Assembly: GCF_040938485.1 (NCBI RefSeq)
Contig: NW_027270908.1
Span: 1,550,001 to 1,614,000, forward strand
Length of the DNA stretch: 64,000 bases
DNA from: Diadema antillarum
Lineage: Eukaryota
Direction of reading: 5' to 3'
Shown: positions 49,147 through 62,500 of the stretch, piece after piece
Layout: the number at the start of each line of letters is the position of its first letter
How positions within the stretch are numbered: position 1 is the first letter of the stretch
Notes under the pieces: model-generated
Database searches by the model: none
What the model was told of the DNA's origin: nothing
Seen by the model: the letters and a program-made list of their open reading frames with translations, nothing else
Program-made: the position numbers and the translations under genes

Positions 49147-49591
49147 CAGTTGAACCTCTATTATCCGGCCTCCCTTTATCCGGATCTCTCTATTATCCGG
49201 ACGCAATCTCGCCGTGATTTTTTTATCTTTTTTTAATAATTACGGGAGGAAAGGGGGATTCCTAACTCCTTGAGAACTCCTACACAAACACACATGAATT
49301 ACATATACTTGATACATTTCTTAATAATTATTTAGGTAAATCATCCCAAGAATTTATAAAAGAAAATGATTTCATTCTTGCAAACACGAACCTCTATTTT
49401 GGGGTCTGTTACTGAGTGTAACAATGAAAAGGTTGCAGTATACACATTACTATGTGGTACTACAATGGGCTACATCAGTACATGTGTATGTATATGTACA
49501 TGTATAAAGCATTGAGTCTCCCGTATCCGGCCAAATCCCTTATCCGGATGAGCCCCGGTCCCGACTTGTCCGGATACGAGAGGTTCAACTG
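49147..49591. mobile_element. Tc1/mariner (pogo/Tigger-like) MITE
   Basis: TA|CAGTTGAACCTC ... GAGGTTCAACTG|TA; repeated ATCCGG subterminal motifs. Confidence 0.88.
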
Positions 49592-51265
49592 TATTGCATT
49601 TTCATTTTCTTTTTCATTTTCCATTTCTAGTACTACGACACATTCTTGAGTGTAAAGGAATACTCATGGAATTTCAGCAGTAGACGACCATCCACCATAC
49701 AAATTTAGAGCAACTACTATTGAGTTAAACTGAATTTCTCAGTCAGTTTCTGTGTAGCCAATTATATTTCTGCCATGATATCATCATGGTGAAGCTTCAT
49801 GTTTGCACAACCATCGTTATTGTGAATGCATGGGACTAGGTTAATGTGCAGAGTGTTTATAATAATAATGTAGATTGACAGCAACCGTGTGTATTTCTTT
49901 TTTTCAGAAGGAACCTTGTATGTAAGTGAGTATTTTCTGGGGCGTTTTTTTTTTTTTTTTTTTTGACAATCTACTAAATATCTTTGTTCACAAACTCACA
50001 GGGGACTGAATAATTCAGGTTTGGACCTCTTGAGAAGTAAAGAATTATTTTTTTGAAAGTTGGAATACGGCTTCCATATTATGTTATGATATTCATACAG
50101 AAAGCACTTCATCATTCTAATGAATTACATGGTTATAGAATGGCTGATTAGCACCAATAGATCAATTAAGTCATCATTTCCCCTCATGGATTGAGTCTCC
50201 GTCAGCCAATAACCATTCATTACTGAAGCACTTCTATGGCATTCAATCTCAACAATGTTGTTGAAAGACATCAGTGTTGTTTGACTCTATTTTGGATTTT
50301 TGTTTTTCCTTGTTCAACAATGATGGCAATAGTGCCGCTCAATGTGGACTAGCATGAAGTGCATTTTATGGTCAGATTATTGTGCAATTCATTTAAAAGA
50401 AAGAAGAAGAAATACTGCCTTATTTAAAAGAGAAAAAATGAATTCTCCAGTGGTCAGAGATGTCATTTCGTATGCCACCTAAAGAATTTTGTTTCAGTAG
50501 TATATTTCATCATTCATGACACCATATGTATTATGCTAGTGTATTATTTTGCTTTCTTGCTTTTCTTAAAACTCATTGAAGTACACTGTTGTAAGCTATG
50601 ACTAGCCATGTGTTTATCTGCCAAAATCTGCTATGTGCATCTATTAGCCGTACAAATTAGTGACTTTTATTTAAAGAAAGATCTATTTATTTCTATTCTA
50701 TTCCATTTCTGTTTTGATTGTGAACTACAGTTTCCACTCCAAACACAAAATTATATGTGCATGAAATGTGTTTAACAGGTATTGTAAATGCTGCCTGAAG
50801 GCACATAGGCAGAGTAAATGTGGATTGGTTTGTGTCTAATTATATCAACACTTGTATCTTTCAGGTTCTTTGAGAGGAGAGAGAAAAGATGCAATAAACT
50901 ATGTAAATCAAGATTTGTTTTTTACACATGTGTATATTGGCTCTTATTTATGAATCTATTTTAGCACAATAGAATCAGTTTGGGGACATTTGGAGCATCA
51001 ATATTCAACTTGAAGAAGAGAAGAAGGGTGTGTGGTAACACGGTATGTATGTAGTCCCGAGTGGACCGTTGGTTAAACTTCCAAGGACTGTGTACTTAAA
51101 CATGGTGTTACCGCAAACCCCTCTTCCTCATTTACACTTTGTACATCACCATGTAAACTTTCAAGCAACACAATAGTCAACTTAACTTTTACTCTTTTAG
51201 TAACTGATTTGTTGAAAATGTGATTTATTGCAAATACTAGTAATTGGCCCATATTCATGAAGGTA

Positions 51266-51818
51266 CAGTCAAACCTGTCTATAGCGGCCACCCAAGGGAG
51301 ATGGAAAAAGTGGCCGTTATAGACAGGTGGCCACTATAGACAGGTAATCCAACTGTGTGTGCATTGCTTACATGCACAACTATGCGTGTACGTATGCACA
51401 CACCATGTGTTTCATGCATTTAACCATGCCGGTGTATATGACATTGTTGCACATTTTAGACCTAGTATGTGTATTGTCGCGAAGAAAGCTTGCACTAGTG
51501 CATTATTATGACTGAATGAGGGATGAATGCAGCGGTTGCGATCACTGAACGTTGCCTGCACGGCTACAAAGCAGAAAAACATGCTGAATTATCGGCTCGG
51601 CTACGGCTCCATTGAGTTTTTGGCCGCTATAGACAGGATAAAATCTCCCGCGGGAAACAAAATTTGTGGCCGCTGGCCGCGTTAGAGAGGTGGCCGCTAT
51701 ACACAGGGTCTTAGATAGGGCTTTTCTCGGGGGGGGGGGGGGGGGGGGGGGGGGTTTCAGTGGCCGCTATAGACAGGTGGTTGCTATAGACAGGTGGCCA
51801 CTAAGATAGGTTTGACTG
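51266..51818. mobile_element. Tc1/mariner (pogo/Tigger-like) MITE
   Basis: TA|CAGTCAAACCTG ... AGGTTTGACTG|TA; repeated GGTGGCCGCTATAGACAGG motifs; long poly-G near the right end. Confidence 0.88.
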
Positions 51819-52113
51819 TAGTTTAAATATAAACCATGGGTTATACAAATTTCTCCTGCGTAAATACAATTGACAGATTGCATACACCAACGCACGTCCA
51901 GGAGCAAATGCACGTTAACATGCGCATGTCAAAAGTACACCAATTTCACGCTTATTTTAGTCCATGGTCTAAATTCAAACCATCTTTGTGAATTTTGGCC
52001 TTTGTGTTTGACTGTCTCTCAGCTCTCAGGTGAGTAGTGATTGCAAATGCTTTTTCTAGAGAGCTGGATATTCTGCAGTATTGAATACAACTTGATCATA
52101 TCACATCGCTATA

Positions 52114-52322
52114 CTGTAAAAGTGGAAATTTTCGCGGTGTTCAAATTTTCGCGCATTTCGCGCAACCAGAAACTAGCGCGAAAATAAAAGCACGCGAATA
52201 TTTTTGCTTGCCATATGTGCCTGTGCGTGATGTCTTGATTCCGCGGAATTAAAAACACGCGAAACTCTTCCGACCCGGCCAAGCGCGAAAAATTAGTCAC
52301 ACGAAAATATCCACTTTTACAG
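52114..52322. mobile_element. TA-flanked MITE, CTGTA...TACAG family
   Basis: TA|CTGTAAAAGTGGAAATTTTCG ... CGAAAATATCCACTTTTACAG|TA. Confidence 0.85.
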
Positions 52323-53682
52323 TATCCACTCCCAATGACACACAAATGTGCATGCACAACACCATCACCCAAGAGCACAAAACACTTTCACACTACTGAC
52401 AGACATAAACACCCACAGACATACCATTTAGGATTAAATTTTGGGGTCTCTTGAAGTCAAAAATTAATCTTTAAATATTTGAGACCTGATGAACAAGGCA
52501 AAATTGTTTAACCACAGGCAGTAGCTTCTGTTGTGCCTAAAAACCCATGAACAGGTAGTTGGTCTAGCAATAAGGCCACGAGCTTTGTGCAAACACTCAG
52601 ACACATACAGAGACACAAGTCATGCACATTTTATGTCGGTCATTACAAACTACAGACATTTGCCAACATGAGCTTAAAAGTTTGTACAAACACAGCAAAG
52701 ATATGACACTGCACATACTGTACTGAAACGTGCTCCAGTTTTCTCATTTTTATTTCATAAATGTTTCATACAATTACGCTTCTGTATAATATTTACACGA
52801 TATGCACATGCTATATCCTGATCCACCAATTACGCTCTGAGTTAAATCATGAGTGCATTAATTTGGTTGACGAGACACTTTCTGACACAAGTGTCAAACA
52901 TTATTCAACCATGCCCTTTTGCTTTTTGTTCCCTAAGAAATGCTTTTTCCACACAAGAAAAGTCTCTTTTCTTGGAAGAAAACTCTTCTTTAAAACAGCA
53001 GATAAGAGGTAAATGCTGCAACATTCTTAAAGTTAAATTTTGTTCCTGCTTAAGCAAAATTCATCAAGTGACTACAGAGATACGGACTCGTATTCACGTC
53101 AAATTTCACCCTCGCAGCAAGCTGAGTACATCAACAATACAAACTAAATGCTTCATCTGCACAAAAATAGGCCTTGAAAACTCTAAATTTGCTTGCCTTT
53201 TATTCTCCCTGAATTTTACGTGAAATATAAGATGATGATGATGATGAAGCCCAAAAAATCTACATTCTCAGGTGTAAACAATTAATTTAAGTTGAATACA
53301 AATAAATACATGACATCACAGTCTGTTTCACTCTTTACAACAAGGAACAGGTTTGCATCAGTCGCCTCACTTGGCTTGTCCTCCATTGCAGAAGACGAGT
53401 TGGTAATGACCCGACTGAAAAGTTTCATCCTGTGCGACAAGTCTGCATGCTTTTTCCATCCACCTTGCTTGTACTCAAACGCACAAGTTGCACCACGCTC
53501 AAGCAGAAATAATCACGCAAGCTTTGGACACGGCGTGTTCATTAACATCTCAGGATGTATCACAGAGCAACACTGAATTCTGGGTGTAGCGTTCACTGGC
53601 CATTCAATGGTGATCCATGACACAGTATATTACTATATAGGCAACTCAATACATTTAGGCGGGGCGTGAGTTTGTGCAACTT

Positions 53683-53764
53683 CTATCGACTTGTCTTGTT
53701 GAACTGTTGGAAGTAGGCCGCCGTCGGGGGGTTGGTGTAGACTTCTTTGTCGAGGAATTCATTG
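53683..53764 (-). CDS. RIBC2: RIBC exon 5 (terminal)
   Basis: TTTCACAG acceptor; (H)[29 protein letters not shown]. Confidence 0.95.
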
Positions 53765-56700
53765 CTGTGAAATCAAGGGAAGACAAATGGAAAAAATTGA
53801 AGATTTATGTAATCGTATGCTTCACACATAAACAGAGAATGAGTGTCATCAAAACAAACCAACAATATCTAGGGAATGTTGATTGTTTTTATTCACATGG
53901 ATCACTATCTATTACAAATGTGAGCGTTTATTGGTTCCGTTGTTTTTATTCAGATGGACCACTATCTATTACTAATGTGAGAGTTTACTAGTTCCCCCAG
54001 GAAAGAGTAGATTAAAGCTTTGGACACTGACATCTTTGGTCCATCTTAAGAAAATTTTGGCAGTTTTGCCTTCTCAATGAGCGCAGTTCCAATCTGATTA
54101 AAGCAGAAGGCAAGAAAAATGCATGCATGCATTAAGTTTTATCACAACATTAAAATCTCTGTGAGGTATGCACATATTCCAAAAAATATCACAACCTAGA
54201 TTCAACGGTGAAATGATGACCAACTGGAAGTAGCGCCATCTGGCTTTTGAGTTGTCGTCACACTGTAGTGTAGCTTTAGTATCATGCTAATGATGTCAAG
54301 ATGATGTGCTAAGAAAATACTTGAGTACTAGTGTCCCCAACTTACTGTGCCTTCTGCTCCTCTGAAAGCCTGGAGTTGGCCGCCGCCTGCTGCCGCTCCA
54401 ACTGCTTGCGCAGCCTCTCTTGCTCCCGGTCCATCAGGATGCCGGCCCGTGCGTCTGCCAGCCTCTGGTCGTTCCACTCCTGCTCGCGCTGCGCCTCATC
54501 CTCCTTGATGCGATGCTTCTCCTGCCGCTGCAGCTCCTGGGTGCGTCGGATGTCGGCCACCTGCTCGGGGGACATGCCCTTCCAGCGGTCAGTGATGACG
54601 CGGTGGGGGCCGAAGGCGCTGCTGGCCACGTCCGGGTTCTCCGTCAGCATGTCGCTGTTGATCTGGTTGGCGAGCTCAGTGAAGTTGTCGTCGAGATCTT
54701 GTTCGCTTCTCAGGCGGTTCTTTTCTGCTTGCTCATCAGCCTGATGAATTTGAGAGCGCACACACAAAAAGGTTCTAATTTAGAGATAAGTAACCTGATA
54801 AGTCAATCACTTACATGACAGTCGTCTTACCAACCCTGAGTATACCAGGTCACCATCCTTCATCCCGCTGCTTCAATGGCTATACATACAAATATGTCAA
54901 TAGAAGTCACAGTTCACATATACTTCAAAATTACAAATATTTAGGGTATTGCTTGATTTGCATACAACTAAGAAATTTATTCAACAACAGGGCAAACACA
55001 AAAATTTCCTTTGGCCACCATGCTGTTTCAATACTGGTTAAATCAGAATGCTCTATCAAACATCTGCACATGAGAACATAGGATCTATCCTGCATGTACT
55101 TAATAGACCATCACAAGCCTTGAGCTATTACTGAACTGCATTCACTCACCAGTGATTTGTTGTAGTCCCTCGTAGCCTCATTGATGGCCCTCCTGCAGGC
55201 CTCCTCTGCTGCCTGCAGCTCGCAGGCCCTCTGGTCCATCTCCCGCCGGTGGAGGTCGTAGAGGCTGTCTGCCTCCTCCTGCCTCTTCTTGTTCAGCGCC
55301 TTCTCCTTGGCCTGCTTCATCGTCCACTCCCGCATCTGCTCCTCCATCAGCTTCTTCCGCTCCTTGCCACCGAGGTCCTCCCCGTCAAACTTTTGGATGC
55401 TGGACGGGCCGCATCGCGGGTCGTCGTCCGACACCCGGGCGGGCTTGTCCTTCTTCTTGGCCTCGGGGTCGTAGAGGTCCCACTCCCGGCGGCCCTCGGG
55501 CTGCTGGTGCAGGTCCCGGAACTCGTTCAGGGCTGTGTTGAGGTTGCGCATGTCCTGCTCTTGCCTCCTCTGGAGCAGCTCGGCAATCTTGTCATTGCGG
55601 ATCATATCAGCGGCTGCACAAGTATTGGCAAAGATGGTAAACAAGGTTGGTATGGCTCTTGCTTTTTAGTAAAATTTGGATACCTGCGTCATTTGATAAT
55701 ACTGTAAAGTTAGGTGTTTTATATTTAAATGTGATAACTCAATTGATTATTCTTTCCACAAAAAAGTTACAAACATTGTATGAGACACACAACCTTATTT
55801 TACATATCGTAGCTAGGGCAACAAGACCTCATATCTACAAAATGTCAAATGTTCAGGAGAGCCAAAAAACATGGCGGCCAAAGCACTATACCGAATGGGA
55901 CAGCTGTTCCTCTGATGTGTCATGGTGGCTTCATTTTTGGGGTAAGACAGCTAGGGTTTGGACAGGACATCACTTAACCAATTATTTGACCATAAATGCA
56001 AAAAAGTCATTTTCACCAAACTTGCAGATACAAGGTCCTGTCACCCCAGCGACGATATACATTTTGATAAACTGCGAAATTAATCAAACACAAATTATTT
56101 CTTTCGTGCACAATTGATCTTTCTTTTTTCAAGGTTACTGTACATGCATGTTCCATTACTTTCTACAGTCTCATCAGGACATATGATAACTCTAATACAT
56201 TTACTCAATATTCAAATCCAAATTTGAAGAGTACCAGCAAAGAGAAACAATTACAAGTCAGGGAAGCTGTAAGTACTGTAATATAACCACTGAAACATGG
56301 AAATCGGCAAAGGACTCAAATGTGATCTCTTGTGTACATCTTTAGCTCCAATATTCAGTACACTTCTAGTTTACAGTTGGGTAATTCCCTCACCAAATGA
56401 CTCATGTCTCTCCTTCTCTCTCTGCTCCTGTAGATCCCTGTCATGAACTTGTTCTTTGAGTGACTGGACATCAACCTGTGATGGGAAATTTTTAAAATAA
56501 GACAAATTGAGGTTAGCATGGTGGAAATATCTGCATACATGTACATGTAAGCACCTGCCAGATGTTTGACAAATTGTGAGTCCAAAAAATCTACAGTGTA
56601 CATTTTGTGCAAGTGCATCACACATACCAGACATTTTTTGCATTTTGTTTTCACATGATTTAGAACTTGAAAATGCTAGTACAAGTGAATTAATATCATT

Positions 56701-58141
56701 GTACCTACACTGTACTATCTTTCTAATAAATATTGTGATATTGTAACATTTTAACAGTGTATAAAAATCAGACTTTTCTTCTGGTTTTTATCTAGATCTA
56801 CAAAACTTGTGTGCAGGGTTTACCTCCAGTCTAAAACTTGGCTGAATAATTAATTGAGCATCATCAAGCTTTCTTCAGCTAAATCAGTGAATCAATTAAT
56901 ATTTCATTTCACCACTGGTTGACATCATTTTCTCAACAGACTAAACTGGTATCCAATTGCAGAAAATAAACACACAATTTGGCAAATGTGAGCAACAAAT
57001 GAATTGCTGAATGAAAATCTATTTTAGCATATTGTGTACTCTTAAAATAAATTGGCAAATTTAGACCCGAATGTAGACATTTTCCATCCAAGATTCCCAA
57101 AGTTTATTCCATATGCCATGATCTGTAACTAAAACTAAAGGAACATTGACTAACCAGAAATTCAAGTTCATACAGTAAAAATAGATCTACTCATTCATTC
57201 ATTCATTATGATCACAAAGAAATTAAAATGAAAGGGAGAACATGAAAGAGCTGACACCCTTAGTACATTTACATGCACTTTTAAGACTCCCAGTCCTCCA
57301 ACATTTAAGTTACAAATATGGATACATGAATTCACAACACAACTTACACATTTATGATGATTATCTATTTAAAATGTTACTGTTAGATAGACCGCATCTA
57401 TGGTACGTAGGTGTCCAACACATCGACACTGTACATTGAAACCGACACCCCTCTATATACATGTAGAATCTCTAGCATTGCGCGTGCAAAACAAACATTC
57501 CCGCATAAGACTACTTGCAGTCGCATAGATTCTATTTGATTAATGTGCGCTTGTAAATTCAAGAGGCCACCATTTCTTTACATGTGCTCAGTAAAATTTC
57601 AAGGAAATTGTGAGACAATTTATTAAATTAAAAGTTTCTATTTTGAAAGAAAAACGGGGTGTCAAATCTGACAAAATTTGGGGGGGGGGGGGTGTCGATG
57701 TACTGGACACCCAACCATCCATCCATGGACTTATGGTCATAATAGTAAATTTAGCTCTATTGTACACGACACTGACTGTGTTTAATATAATGATAAGATA
57801 GAACGTCTAGTAATTCTAATCAGTTATATTCTCATTTTGTTCGCCATACATAACTGGCAGTCGACAGTCCCACCATTTGATGGTCCTTATCACGTCTAAT
57901 AACAAGTTCCAAAAAACAGAGCAGTGTCTGGCAAAGAATTAGACCCTCTAGTTTGACTACTCTCTAGTTAAATTTAACATCGACATCATTCATAGAACGG
58001 TTACTAGAACCCCATGCAACTTACGCCAATCGTGCGGACTTTTGCGTTGAAAATCCTGCTCTGCCTTTCCAACTCCAGATTCCGTCGGCGCTCGATGGCA
58101 GCCTGTTCCTTCAAATCGATGGGAAGATCAAGTTTATACAT
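53683..58141 (-). CDS. RIBC2: RIB43A-domain ciliary microtubule inner protein, whole gene model: complement join(58141-58025, 56475-56394, 55613-55150, 54740-54346, 53764-53683), 379 aa
   Basis: 1140 nt in one frame, all introns GT-AG. N-terminus [20 protein letters not shown]...[14 protein letters not shown] and C-terminus [19 protein letters not shown] are typical RIB43A ends; internal [23 protein letters not shown] and [10 protein letters not shown]...[14 protein letters not shown] are also present. RIBC1 versus RIBC2 cannot be separated; probably a single co-orthologue. Confidence 0.96.
53884..53997 (+). repeat. 57-bp tandem dimer in RIBC intron 4
   Basis: TGTTTTTATTCA(C/G)ATGGA(T/C)CACTATCTATTAC(A/T)AATGTGAG twice. 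Confidence 0.8.
54346..54740 (-). CDS. RIBC2: RIBC exon 4
   Basis: TTCATCAG acceptor; within ORF 54342-54767; CA|GTAAGT donor; 395 nt. Confidence 0.96.
55150..55613 (-). CDS. RIBC2: RIBC exon 3
   Basis: TGTGCAG acceptor; within ORF 55111-55644; CTG|GTGAGT donor; 464 nt. Confidence 0.96.
55807..56055. mobile_element. Unclassified TIR MITE (TCGT...ACGA family), copy 2, in RIBC intron 2
   Basis: Colinear in opposite orientation with 8780-9027 (both give the spurious peptide [15 protein letters not shown]); TA on both flanks. Confidence 0.8.
56394..56475 (-). CDS. RIBC2: RIBC exon 2
   Basis: CATCACAG acceptor; [27 protein letters not shown]; G|GTGAGG donor; 82 nt. Confidence 0.93.
58025..58141 (-). 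CDS. RIBC2: RIBC exon 1
   Basis: ATG at 58141; [39 protein letters not shown]; GGC|GTAAGT donor; 117 nt. Confidence 0.95.
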
Positions 58142-58226
58142 TTTGTGATTTTATTCTGTTCCAAGTCACGTTTCTTTTAGGTTGATATATCAATGTTGCG
58201 CGACGACTTGCTGTACGAAAATTGTT

Positions 58227-58239
58227 CTTGCTGGGAAAC
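58227..58239 (-). promoter_or_regulatory. Imperfect X-box (RFX site) ~86 bp upstream of the RIBC start codon
   Basis: Minus strand GTTTCCCAGCAAG versus X-box consensus GTTNCC-N(0-3)-RGYAAC (one terminal mismatch), in a CpG-rich promoter-like stretch upstream of a ciliary gene. Confidence 0.4.
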
Positions 58240-59533
58240 CGGCGAGTATTTACCTCGCCTTTCGTTCGCTCGGTGATCTCCGTATCTATTATTGTGTGTT
58301 ATCCGTACCGCGGGGCACCGTACTTAGATCTACGAGTCGTCATGTGTGTGTCGTGTGAGCCCATTGTGCAAAGCTGTTGTCAAGGTACAAGGCACGTAAA
58401 CAAATGCGTTCAGCTTGCTCCGGATGATGGTATGAAAAACGGTGCGGCATTGGATATCGCTAGTTGCTCTGACTTCTGTCGACCAATGAACAAGAGTCTT
58501 TCATTCCGCGGATACGTGACGTAGGGTAATGAGATTTTAACCTTCCATTTCAGCATCGTAGATGGCGTCGCAGTGTAAATCATTCTCAATCAAAGAGAAT
58601 TAAGTCATTTTATGGAGGTTTTTCTTTTTGTCATTTATGTAGGCCTATGCTCTCATTAACGATTTTTTTTTTCATTCAGGCAAGTCAAGTATCTTTCAAT
58701 ATGCTAAGAAGAAGAACATTTGGAGTTTTCTTTTTCCGTCGTATGCTTGAATAATTCATTGAAAACTTCTCAGCCCGAGAGCGGAGAAAGCGCCAAAAGT
58801 TAGCAAATTAATTCATAACTTATGAACGCATCATAATAATGATTTTCCTAAACTTCACTTATTACTATGATTCTAGCGTTCACCGAATTCACACTATGCA
58901 ATTGATATAAATTAATCTTTACAGATAGCTTTAAAAAAATGGAGGGGAGAAGAGAGGGTCGTAGGAAGAAGAGGGGGAGAAGAGGAGAATTAAAGGTAAA
59001 AGCCATAACTTGAACAAAAATATGATGAAGAAGAGTAGATAAAGTTGATTTTGTTTTTTATTCTCTTCCCTGATCAGTTCGCCGTAATTGCAGAATTATC
59101 TATTTTAAAAAAATCATCACGGGAATGAGAATAGTTTAAAGAAAATGACAATAGAAACAACAACTGAGAAACAATAATCACAAGCAAAAACAAATGAGCT
59201 TTAAAAGTATGATGCACCTTGCCCATCATTAAGATGTTGATGTCTTATGTTAAAGAAATTGAACAACCATGCAGTACACGTTCTGTCCACCTGAATTAAA
59301 ATATTCAGAGGCATTTGTTTTCGTTTTCAATTCAATTCAGTTCATTTTAAAGTTTATTTCATTTTTACTCCTGAAATACCTGAGAGAATTCACAAAGTCA
59401 ATTCCGCGACCCAACGCAGCAAGTGAAACACAATACCTGTCATAAGTGTAGGAAGGAAAGCTTGGCGCAAAATTGAAATCAATGCACGTCGCGTTTTTAT
59501 ACCACTCTTGGAGTTGGGAAGTAGGCCTATTAT

Positions 59534-62500
59534 CAGGCCCCTGGGAGCAACTTTTTTCACAGGGGTGCTGAACCCCTGACCCACCCGTTCGGTTGCCGAA
59601 CCATATTAACAGCGTTTCAAGGGGGGAGTAAATAGGCCATACAAGCACTGTCGACATTTTTTTTGGGGGGGGGGGGGTAGGGGCAGTGGGAAGGTGAAGG
59701 GAGGGGATGGGGACATCGAAACTAAGGGTGAGAAAGCCCTTTACCACACAAGGAAACTTTTGCTTCTTTTTTTTTTGAAATTCAACACACTTTATGTGGT
59801 AATTTTGAAATTCTTCAATCGAATATATTCATGGATAAATTGTTGTTGAACAAGGTATCTGTTATCTCTTGATCCGTATGTGGGTCTTCACTTTGTATAA
59901 GTCCATGGAAGGGGTCCTACAGGGGGAGGGTATGGGAGGGGGTATCCCCCTCCCAGACAAAGGAGATTTTGGATTTTCAGACCTGCAATTCAGCGATCTG
60001 GTGCACACAGTGGCGTACCGTGAGTCAAGACATTGGGGGGGGGGGGGGGGGGCGGACACCTCGTGGAAAAATAATTTCGAGGGTGTGTATGCTTGTCCGT
60101 GATTGCGTAAGTAATGTGTGTGTGCGCTGTCAGTCTGCAAACTTAATGGGGACTGCAATACATAACGGAATGTGATACATTCCACAGCGCAGTCATTGAG
60201 CAACATAGTAAGTTTTCCTTTCATGAATTATGGAACGATGGTGTGAAACGACAAATCACGGGCAGCAAAATCAGGAGGATTGCATAACCATTAAATGCGC
60301 GCGAGCGAAGCGAGCGAACTTGAAAATTTTGACATTGTCAGTTCCAAAACTGCCGTTTGTATCTATATTTTTTCGCTTTGGGAATTATGGGGTGGGGGCG
60401 CAACGGGCTCAACTTCTGGCAATTACTAGCAGCAACATCAGGCGAATGGCATAACGATTAAATGCGAGCGAGCGAGCTTAAAAATTTTGACGTTTTGCAG
60501 TCCAAAAACTGCCGTTTGTATAGCTATATTTTTTCGCTTTGGAAATTCAGGAGTGGGGGAGAGGGTGCAACGGGTCCAACTTCTGGCAATTACTAGCAGT
60601 AACATCAGGCGAATGGCATAACGATTAAATGCCAGCGAGCTTGAAAATTTTGACATTTTACAGTAAAAAAAACTGCCGTTTGCATAGCTATATTTTTTCG
60701 CTTTTGAAATTAAGGGGGGGGGGCGCACCGGGCGCAACTGCTGGCAATTCCTGGCAGTAACATCAGGAGAATGGCATAATGATTGAAATTCTGACATTTT
60801 ACAGTCCAAAAACCGCGGTTGGTAGCTATATTTTTTCGCTTTGGAAATCAAGGGGGGGGGGGGCGCACCGGGCGCAACTGCTGGCAGTTACTGGCAGCAA
60901 CATTAGGAGAATGGCATAACGATAAAATGCGAGCGAGCGGAGCGAGCGAACTTGAAAATTTTAAAATTTTACAGTACCCAAACTGCCGTATGTAGCTATA
61001 TTTTTTCGTTTTTGAAATTAAGCGGGTCGCACCTGGTGCAACTGCTGGCAGTTACTGGCAGCAACATCAGGAGAATGGCATAACGATTAAATGAGAGCGA
61101 GCAAAGCTCACGAACTTGAAAATTTTGACATTTTACAGTCCCAAAACTGTCGTTTGTAGCTATATTCTTTTGCTTTGGATATTAAGGAGGGGGCGGGGAT
61201 GAAATAACTGTATGGAAGTTAATGAGGCGAGGATGAGAGGGGTTGCTATAGGCCCCTTCCACATGCACGATTGAGCATTTTGATAATTGAAATACAATGA
61301 TCTGGTGCACACCCTTGGTGGAATATCTCGAAAGTTGTATCAGAGTTCGTTTTCGAGGATCTTCACTTTGTATAAAGTTCATGGGAGGAAACGTAAAGGG
61401 GGAGAGTGTGGGAGGGGGTATCCTCTCCCACACGAGGAGATTTTGAAATTTCAGACCTGAAATTCAGCGATTTAGTGCACACTTTTGGTAATTTTTTTTT
61501 ACAAAGTTGGAAAAATACAAATATTCACTGAAATGTGAATAACCATTAAATCGGGGTGTAATCAGCTCTTGTTCTGCATGGTAACATCACTGTGTAATAA
61601 ATGTTTCGAAGTTGAGGAGGCGGGGAGCGGAGGGGTAGCCCCCTCCCACACGACGGAGCTTTTGCATTTCTAAAATTGAAATACAATGTACGACGATCTG
61701 ATGCAATATCTAGGCCTAGGTGGAATATCCTGGAATTTGTATCAGACAAGTGTAGTAAGTCATCTATGGAGGGAGAGGAAGCGGGCGAGAGAAAGATGTG
61801 GGAGGATGTATCCCCCTCCTACATGAGAGAGATTATGATTGCGATTCAAAGATACGGAATTTCTGGTAAACACTTTTGATTTGATATGTAATGTAATAGC
61901 CATAATTAATGCATGGGGTGGAGGCTAATACAACAGGGAGGAGGGTTTTGGGAGGGGGTGTCCCCTAACCCCTCCCATTCGAGAGGGCCATTGTATTTTA
62001 AGGATTGAAATGAAAATATATTGTCTCTATACAATTTATAATGGAATATTTGAAAAACTGTCGAACAAATAAGAATAAGCCTACTAAATATAGTAGGGGA
62101 CTAAAGTTAAACTGAAAGAGAATATCCCCTTCCCACATGATGGAACTTTCGAATTTGTTTGAATTGAAGTGACAGATCTGATGTGCACTTTTTGATGAAA
62201 TATTTTGAAAGCGTCAATCTCAAAAGTCTACTAAGAGTATGGAAGTTGGCCTAACCGGGGAGGGTGTTGGAGGAGGTTTTCTCTCCCACATTATGGGCAT
62301 TTTCCATTTTCAGAATTTGAATTAAACGATCTTGTACACTTTTGGTGAAATATCTCTACAGTTTCTATACAAAAAAAAAGCAAGAAAATTTCCCGCATCG
62401 TGGGATTTTTTTTTTGGGGGGGGGGGGGGATGGGGAGGGTGGGGGTAAAGACAGTGATGTGTTTTCATAGCTCCCACCCAATATTTTTATTCCAGGATTT

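Noticed and set aside
50893-53204. AATAAA signals for HDAC11 (50893) and RIBC (minus strand, 53199-53204 and 52749-52754)
   Set aside because: Common by chance in AT-rich DNA; cannot be assigned without 3'-end data.
54331-55707. Plus-strand ORFs of 132-152 aa overlapping RIBC exons 3-4 (and the minus-strand ORFs over HDAC11 exons 5 and 8)
   Set aside because: Antisense shadows of GC3-rich coding exons.
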